From Eledone cirrhosa (lineage: Eukaryota): a stretch of 64,000 nucleotides of DNA. Of the stretch, positions 55,301-64,000 are shown piece after piece. The stretch lies in contig OZ024750.1 of the NCBI GenBank assembly GCA_964016885.1, forward strand, positions 37,386,001 through 37,450,000, in the 5' to 3' direction. A program made the position numbers and the translations under genes. Positions within the stretch are counted from its first letter, which is position 1. Every line of letters begins with the position of its first letter. The notes beneath the pieces were generated by a model that was not told the origin of the DNA, did no database searches, and saw only the letters and a list, made by a program, of their open reading frames with translations.

Positions 55301-56060
55301 TAAAATTGATTTTTTTAGGTTTTTCACAAATTGATAATTTTACACTATTTGGAAAAAATATTTTTTTTCAAAAAAATGCGTTTATACATTGTGTTTCGAC
55401 ACGTTGAAAAATACAATTTATATATCAATTTTCGAAATCAGAAAGTATATATTTCGAAAGAAAAAAAATCAATCTTTTTTGAAAAAAAACAATTTTTCGA
55501 AATACTGTGTAAAATGATCAATTTGTGAAAAACCTAAAATAATCAATTTTTTTATACTTTTCGAAATATTTACTTCTGATTTCTAAAATTGATTTTTTTA
55601 GGTTTTTCACAAATTGATCACTTTACACAGTATTTGGAAAAATTGCGTTTATACATTGTTCCGACACGTTGAAAAATTTTTCGAAATACTGTAAAATGAT
55701 CAATTTGTGAAAAACCTAAAATAATCAATTCGTTTATACTTTTCGAAATATTTACTTCTGATTTCTAAAATTGATTTTTTTAGGTTTTTCACAAATTGAT
55801 CATTTTACACAGTATTTCGAAAAATTGTTTTTTTTCAAAAAAATGCGTTCATACATTGTTTCGACACGTTGAAAAATATTTGAAAAATTCAAAATATATA
55901 TCAATTTTCGAAATCAGAAAGTATATATTTCGAAAGAAAAAAAATCAATCTTTTTTGAAAAAAAACAATTTTTCGAAATACTGTGTAAAATGATCAATTT
56001 GTGAAAAATCTAAAATAATCAATTTTTTTATAGTTTTCGAAATTTACTTTCTGATTTCTA
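43340..56060 (+). repeat. More diverged, weakly ordered domain of the satellite
   Basis: Higher density of private substitutions, and monomer types not noticed before ~43 kb (ttacactattt, aattgataatt, gaaaaattgtttttttt, aaattaaaaat, aattatacgaa). Boundaries are gradual. Confidence 0.7.
49080..55600 (+). repeat. Non-adjacent duplication of ~5 monomers, offset 5027 bp (~49.1-50.55 kb and ~54.1-55.6 kb)
   Basis: ORF pairs 49148/54175, 49441/54468, 50021/55048 and 50304/55331. Private variants tttcgatagaa, tgtgcttcg and aaaaccattttt are shared. Confidence 0.85.
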
Positions 56061-58537
56061 AAATTGATTTTTTTAGGTTTTCCACAAATTGATCATTTTA
56101 CACAGTATTTGGAAAAAATGCATTGTTTCGACACGTTGAAAAATTTTTTAAAAATACAAAATATATATCAATTTTCGAACTCAGAAACTATATTTCGAAA
56201 GAAAAAAAATCAATCTTTTTTGAAAAAAAACAATTTTTCGAAATACTTTGTAAAATGATAGATTTGTGAAAAACCTAAAATAATCCATTTTTTTATACTT
56301 TTCGAAATATTTACTTCTGATTTCTAAAATTGATTTTTTTAGGTTTTTCACAAATTGATCATTTTACACAGTATTTGGAAAAAATATTTTTTTTCAAAAG
56401 AATGCGGTTATAAATTGTGTTTCGACACGTTGAAAAATACAAAATATATATCAAAAAGTATATATATCGAAATCAGAAAGTATATATTTCGAAAGAAATA
56501 AAATCAATCCTTTTTGAAATATAACAATTTTTCGAAATACTGTGTAAAATGATCAATTTGTGAAAGACCTAAAATAATCAATTCGTTTATACTTTTCGAA
56601 ATATTTACTTCTGATTTCTAAAATTGATTTTTTTAGGTTTTTCACAAATTGATCATTTTACACAGTATTTGGAAAAAATATTTTTTTTCAAAAAAATGTG
56701 TTTATACATTGTGTTTCGACACGTTGAAAAACTTTTGAAAAATTCAAAATATATATCAATTTTCGAAATCAGAAAGTATATATTTCGAAAGAAATAAAAT
56801 TAATCTTTTTTGAAAAAAAACAATTTTTCGAAATACTGTGTAACATGATCAATTTGTGAAAAACCTAAATTAATAAATTTTTTTATAATTTTCGAAATAT
56901 TTACTTCTGATTTCTAAAATTGATTTTTTTAGGTTTTTCACAAATTGATCATTTTACACAGTATTTGGAAAAAATGCATTGTTTCGACACGTTGAAAAAT
57001 TTTTTAAAAATACAAAATATATATCAATTTTCGAAATCAGAAAGTATATATTTCGAAAGAAAAAAAATTAATCTTTTTTGAAAAAAAACAATTTTTCGAA
57101 ATACTGTGTAAAATGATCGATTTGTGAAAAACCTAAAATAATCAATTTTTTTATACTTTTCGAAATATTTACTTCTGATTTCTAAAATTGATTTTTTTAG
57201 GTTTTTCACAAATTGATCATTTTACACAGTATTTGGAAAAAATGCATTGTTTCAACACGTTGAAAGATTTTTTAAAAATACAAAATATATATCAATTTTC
57301 GAAATCAGAAAGTATATTTCGAAAGAAAAAAAATCAATCTTTTTTGAAAAAAAACAATTATTCGAAATACTTTGTAAAATGATAGATTTGTGAAAAACCT
57401 AAAATAATCCATTTTTTTATACTTTTCGAAATATTTACTTCTGATTTCTAAAATTGATTTTTTTAGGTTTTTCACAAATTGAACATTTTACACAGTATTT
57501 GGAAAAAATGCGTTATGTTTCGACACGTTGAAAAACTTTTGAAAAATTCAAAATATATATCAATTTTCGAAATCAGAAAGTATATATTTCGAAAGAAATA
57601 AAATCAATCTTTTTTGAAAAAAAACAATTTTTCGAAATACTGTGTCACATGATCATATTGTGAAAAACCTAAATTAATAAATTTTTTTATAATTTTAGAA
57701 ATATTTACTTCTGATTTCTAACATTGATTTTTTTAGGTTTTACACAGTATTTGGAAAAAATGCGTTTATACATTATGTTTCGACACGTTGAAAAATTTTT
57801 TAAAAATACAAAATATATATCAATTTTCGAAATCAGAAAGTATATATTTCGAAAGAAAAAAAATTAATCTTTTTTGAAAAAAAACAATTTTTCGAAATAC
57901 TGTGTAAAATGATCAATTTGTGAAAAACCTAAAATAATCAATTTTTTATACTTTTCGAAATATTTACTTCTGATTTCTAAAATTGATTTTTTTAGGTTTT
58001 TCACAAATTGATCATTTTACACAGTATTTGGAAAAAATTTTTTTTTTCAAAAAAATGTGTTTATACATTGTGTTTCGACACGTTGAAAAATACAATATAT
58101 ATATCAATTTTCGAAATCAGAAAGTATATATTTCGAAAGAAAAAAAATCAATCTTTTTTGAAATAAAACAATTTTTCGAAATACTGTGTAAAATGATCAA
58201 TTTGTGAAAAACCTAAAATAATCAATTTTTTTAAACTTTTCGAAATATTTACTTCGAATTTCTAAAATTGATTTTTTTAGGTTTTACACAGTATTTAGAA
58301 AAAAGGCGTTTATACATTGTTTCGACACGTTGAAAAATTTTTTAAAAATACAAAATATATATCAATTTTCGAAATCTGAAAGTATATATTTCGAAAGAAA
58401 AAAAAACATCTTTTTTGAAAAAAAACAATTTTTCGAAATACTGTGTAAAATGATCAATTTGTGAAAAACCTAAAATAATCAATTTTTTTATACCTTTCGA
58501 AATATTTACTTCTGATTTCTAAAATTGATTTTTTTTA

Positions 58538-61500
58538 GGTTTTTTACAAATTGATCATTTTACACAGTATTGGGAAAAAATGCGTTTATACATTATGTTT
58601 CGACACGTTGAAAAATTTTTTAAAAATACAAAATATATATGAATCATTTTACACAGTATTTGGAAAAAATATTTTTTTTCAAAAAAATGTGTTTATACAT
58701 TGTGTTTCGACACGTTGAAAAATATTTGAAAAATACAAAATATATATCAATTTTCGAAATTAGAAAGTATATATTTCGAAAGAAAAAAAATCAATCTTTT
58801 TTGAAAAAAAATTTTTCGAATTACTGTGTAAAATGATCAATTTGTGAAAAACCTAAATTAATAAATTTTTTTATAATTTTAGAAATATTTACTTCTGATT
58901 TCTAACATTGATTTTTTTAGGTTTTACACAATATTTGGAATAAATGCGTTTATACATTATGTTTCGACACGTTGAAAAATTTTTTAAAAATACAAAATAT
59001 ATATCAATTTTCGAAATCAGAAAGTATATATTTCGAAATAAAAAAAATTAATCTTTTTTGAAATATAACAATTTTTCGAAATACTGTGTAAAATGATCAA
59101 TTTGTGAAAAACCTAAAATAATCAATTTTTTATACTTTTCGAAATATTTACTTCTGATTTCTAAAATTGATTTTTTTAGGTTTTTCACAAATTGATCATT
59201 TTACACAGTATTTGGAAAAAATGCATTGTTTCGACACGTTGAAAAATTTTTTAAAAATACAAAATATATATCAATTTTCGAAATCAGAAAGTATATATTT
59301 CGAAAGAAAAAAAATTAATCTTTTTTGAAAAAAAACAATTTTTCGAAATACTGTGTAAAATGATCAATTTGTGAAAAACCTAAAATAATCAATTTTTTTA
59401 TACTTTTCGAAATATTTACTTCTGATTTCTAAAATTGATTTTTTTAGGTTTTACACAGTATTTGCAAAAAAGGCGTTTATACATTTAGTTTCGACACGTT
59501 GAAAAATACAAAATATATATCAATTTTCGAAATCAGAAAGTATATATTTCGAAAGAAAAAAATCAATCTCTTTTGAAAAAAAACAATTTTTCGAAATACT
59601 GTGTAAAATGATCAATTTGTGAAAAACCTAAAATAATCAATTTTTTTATACTTTTCGAACTATTCACTTCTGATTTCTAAAATTGATTTTTTTAGGTTTT
59701 TCACAAATTGATCATTTTACACTATTTGGAAAAAATATTTTTTTTCAAAAAAATGCGTTTATACATTGTGTTTCGACACGTTGAAAAATACAATATATAT
59801 ATCAATTTTCGAAATCAGAAAGTATATATTTCGAAAGAAAAAAAATCAATCTTTTTTGAAAAAAAAACAATTTTTCGAAATACTGTGTAAAATGATCAAA
59901 TGGTGAAAAACCTAAAATAATCAATTTTTTTATACTTTTCGAAATATTTACTTCTGATTTCTAAAATTGATTTTTTTAGGTTTTTCACAAATTGATAATT
60001 TTACACTATTTTGAAAAAATATTTTTTTTCAAAAAAATGCGTTTATACATTGTGTTTCGACACGTTGAAAAATACAATTTATATATCAATTTTCGAAATC
60101 AGAAAGTATATATTTCGAAAGAAATAAAATCAATCTTTTTTGAAAAAAAACAATTTTTCGAAATACTGTGTAACATGATCAATTTGTGAAAAACCTAAAA
60201 TAATCAATTTTTTTATACTTTTCGAAATATTTACTTCTGATTTCTAAAATTGATTTTTTTAGGTTTTTCACAAATTGATCATTTTACACAGTATTTGGAA
60301 AAATTGCGTTTATACATTGTTTCGACACGTTGAAAAATTTTTTAAAAATACAAAATATATATCAATTTTCGAAATCACAAAGTATATATTTGGAAAGAAA
60401 AAAATCAATCTTTTTTGAAAAAAAACAATTATTCGAAATACTGTGTAAAATGATCAATTTGTGAAAAACCTAAAATAATCAATTCGTTTATACTTTTCGA
60501 AATATTTACTTCTGATTTCTAAAATTGATTTTTTTAGGTTTTTCACAAATTGATCATTTTACACAGTATTTGGAAAAAATGCATTGTTTCGACACGTTGA
60601 AAAATTTTTTAAAAATACAAAATATATATCAATTTTCGAAATCAGAAAGTATATATTTCGAAAGAAAAAAAATTAATCTTTTTTGAAAAAAAACAATTTT
60701 TCGAAATACTGTGTAAAATGATCAATTTGTGAAAAACCTAAAATAATCAATTTTTTTATACCTTTCGAAATATTTACTTCTGATTTCTAAAATTGATTTT
60801 TTTTAGGTTTTTTACAAATTGATCATTTTACACAGTATTGGGAAAAAATGCGTTTATACATTATGTTTCGACACGTTGAAAAATTTTTTAAAAATACAAA
60901 ATATATATGAATCATTTTACACAGTATTTGGAAAAAATATTTTTTTTCAAAAAAATGTGTTTATACATTGTGTTTCGACACGTTGAAAAATATTTGAAAA
61001 ATACAAAATATATATCAATTTTCGAAATTAGAAAGTATATATTTCGAAAGAAAAAAAATCAATCTTTTTTGAAAAAAAATTTTTCGAATTACTGTGTAAA
61101 ATGATCAATTTGTGAAAAACCTAAATTAATAAATTTTTTTATAATTTTAGAAATATTTACTTCTGATTTCTAACATTGATTTTTTTAGGTTTTACACAGT
61201 ATTTGGAATAAATGCGTTTATACATTATGTTTCGACACGTTGAAAAATTTTTTAAAAATACAAAATATATATCAATTTTCGAAATCAGAAAGTATATATT
61301 TCGAAATAAAAAAAATTAATCTTTTTTGAAATATAACAATTTTTCGAAATACTGTGTAAAATGATCAATTTGTGAAAAACCTAAAATAATCAATTTTTTA
61401 TACTTTTCGAAATATTTACTTCTGATTTCTAAAATTGATTTTTTTTAGGTTTTTCACAAATTGATCATTTTACACAGTATTTGGAAAAAATATTTTTTTT

Positions 61501-64000
61501 CAAAAGAATGCGTTTATAAATTGTGTTTCGACACGTTGAAAAATACAAAATATATATCAATTTTCGAAATCAGAAAGTATATATTTCGAAAGAAAAAAAA
61601 TTAATCTTTTTTGAAAAAAAACAATTTTTCGAAATACTGTGTAAAATGATCAATTTGTGAAAAACCTAAAATAATCAATTTTTTTATACTTTTCGAAATA
61701 TTTACTTCTGATTTCTAAAATTGATTTTTTTAGGTTTTACACAGTATTTGCAAAAAAGGCGTTTATACATTTAGTTTCGACACGTTGAAAAATACAAAAT
61801 ATATATCAATTTTCGAAATCAGAAAGTATATATTTCGAAAGAAAAAAATCAATCTCTTTTGAAAAAAAACAATTTTTCGAAATACTGTGTAAAATGATCA
61901 ATTTGTGAAAAACCTAAAATAATCAATTTTTTTATACTTTTCGAACTATTCACTTCTGATTTCTAAAATTGATTTTTTTAGGTTTTTCACAAATTGATCA
62001 TTTTACACTATTTGGAAAAAATATTTTTTTTCAAAAAAATGCGTTTGTACATTGTGTTTCGACACGTTGAAAAATACAATATATATATCAATTTTCGAAA
62101 TCAGAAAGTATATATTTCGAAAGAAAAAAAATCAATCTTTTTTGAAAAAAAAAATTTTTCGAAATACTGTGTAAAATGATCAAATGGTGAAAAACCTAAA
62201 ATAATCAATTTTTTTATACTTTTCGAAATATTTACTTCTGATTTCTAAAATTGATTTTTTTAGGTTTTTCACAAATTGATAATTTTACACTATTTTGAAA
62301 AAATATTTTTTTTCAAAAAAATGCGTTTATACATTGTGTTTCGACACGTTGAAAAATACAATTTATATATCAATTTTCGAAATCAGAAAGTATATATTTC
62401 GAAAGAAATAAAATCAATCTTTTTTGAAAAAAAACAATTTTTCGAAATACTGTGTAACATGATCAATTTGTGAAAAACCTAAAATAATCAATTTTTTTAT
62501 ACTTTTCGAAATATTTACTTCTGATTTCTAAAATTGATTTTTTTAGGTTTTTCACAAATTGATCATTTTACACAGTATTTGGAAAAATTGCGTTTATACA
62601 TTGTTTCGCCACGTTGAAAAATTTTTTAAAAATACAAAATATATATCAATTTTCGAAATCACAAAGTATATATTTCGAAAGAAAAAAATCAATCTTTTTT
62701 GAAAAAAAACAATTATTCGAAATACTGTGTAAAATGATCAATTTGTGAAAAACCTAAAATAATCAATTCGTTTATACTTTTCGAAATATTTACTTCTGAT
62801 TTCTAAAATTGATTTTTTTAGGTTTTTCACAAATTGATCATTTTACACAGTATTTGGAAAAAATGCATTGTTTCGACACGTTGAAAAATTTTTTAAAAAT
62901 ACAAAATATATATCAATTTTCGAAATCAGAAAGTATATATTTCGAAAGAAAAAAAATTAATCTTTTTTGAAAAAAAACAATTTTTCGAAATACTGTGTAA
63001 AATGATCAATTTGTGAAAAACCTAAAATAATCCATTTTTTTATACCTTTCGAAATATTTACTTCTGATTTCTAAAATTGATTTTTTTTAGGTTTTTTACA
63101 AATTGATCATTTTACACAGTATTGGGAAAAAATGCGTTTATACATTATGTTTCGACACGTTGAAAAATTTTTTAAAAATACAAAATATATATGAATCATT
63201 TTACACAGTATTTGGAAAAAATATTTTTTTTCAAAAAAATGTGTTTATACATTGTGTTTCGACACGTTGAAAAATATTTGAAAAATACAAAATATATATC
63301 AATTTTCGAAATTAGAAAGTATATATTTCGAAAGAAAAAAAATCAATCTTTTTTGAAAAAAAATTTTTCGAATTACTGTGTAAAATGATCAATTTGTGAA
63401 AAACCTAAATTAATAAATTTTTTTATAATTTTAGAAATATTTACTTCTGATTTCTAACATTGATTTTTTTAGGTTTTACACAGTATTTGGAATAAATGCG
63501 TTTATACATTATGTTTCGACACGTTGAAAAATTTTTTAAAAATACAAAATATATATCAATTTTCGAAATCAGAAAGTATATATTTCGAAATAAAAAAAAT
63601 TAATCTTTTTTGAAATATAACAATTTTTCGAAATACTGTGTAAAATGATCAATTTGTGAAAAACCTAAAATAATCAATTTTTTATACTTTTCGAAATATT
63701 TACTTCTGATTTCTAAAATTGATTTTTTTAGGTTTTTCACAAATTGATCATTTTACACAGTATTTGGAAAAAATGCATTGTTTCGACACGTTGAAAAATT
63801 TTTTAAAAATACAAAATATATATCAATTTTCGAAATCAGAAAGTATATATTTCGAAAGAAAAAAAATTAATCTTTTTTGAAAAAAAACAATTTTTCGAAA
63901 TACTGTGTAAAATGATCAATTTGTGAAAAACCTAAAATAATCAATTTTTTAATACTTTTCGAAATATTTACTTCTGATTTCTAAAATTGATTTTTTTTAG
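58538..64000 (+). repeat. Higher-order repeat of 8 units, period 2268-2284 bp, about 2.4 copies, running off the window end
   Basis: Units start at 58538, 60806 and 63090. Shared private variants: ggaataaatg, tttgcaaaaaagg, gaactattcac, atcaaatggtg. ORF offsets 2268 and 2284-2286. Confidence 0.9.

Larger units (their letters stand above)
1..64000 (+). repeat. AT-rich tandem satellite array, ~230 head-to-tail monomers of ~250-297 bp
   Basis: The motif aggtttttcacaaattgatcattttacacagtattt...tttcgacacgttgaaaa...gaaatactgtgtaaaatgatcaatttgtgaaaaacct...atttacttctgatttctaaaattg recurs from start to end. First monomer starts: 1, 267, 552, 846, 1143, 1409, 1703, 1998, 2268, 2553, 2809, 3077, 3368, 3626, 3917, 4212, 4480, 4746, 5031, 5280. 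No unique sequence and no orientation switch seen. Confidence 0.98.

Noticed and set aside
2615-63388. About 80 short ORFs (60-77 aa) rich in K, F and I
   Set aside because: All are translations of the monomer, mostly from TTG starts. They open and close with homopolymer length, occur in several frames and both strands, and show no recognisable domain.
1-64000. CRISPR-like or other repeat-spacer guide array
   Set aside because: The variable segments are a few related alleles reused many times, not unique spacers; the constant part is over 200 bp; no cas or other gene is present.
63990-64000. Window begins and ends at almost the same monomer phase, suggesting a circle
   Set aside because: The window length is a round number and terminal monomer types do not demonstrate circular continuity; treated as coincidence.
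1-64000. Assignment to a named satellite family, species or centromere
   Set aside because: I do not recognise the monomer. A Dfam/Repbase/BLAST search and CENH3 data would be needed.

Overview
The whole 64 kb window is one uninterrupted, head-to-tail, very AT-rich tandem array of satellite-DNA type, most likely eukaryotic; the organism cannot be identified from the sequence. GC is about 21% by my hand count of the first monomer. There are about 230 monomers, mostly 249-297 bp (mean ~278 bp), all in the same orientation. I find no credible genes, RNA genes, transposase or CRISPR array; every ORF in the track is a translation of the repeat unit. The interest is architectural. (1) Each monomer carries two interleaved inverted-repeat pairs (A ~75 bp, B ~37 bp) and looks like a forward plus an inverted, circularly permuted copy of an older ~125 bp unit. 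(2) Point variants appear as exact reverse complements in the opposite arm, in two cases directly across a monomer junction, which suggests hairpin-templated arm-to-arm conversion. (3) Monomers are combinations of a few microhomology-bounded indel modules. (4) Several local higher-order periods (5279, ~4338, 1078, 7318, ~2284 bp) coexist with a more diverged zone at ~43-56 kb. All alignments were done by eye, so block boundaries are approximate.
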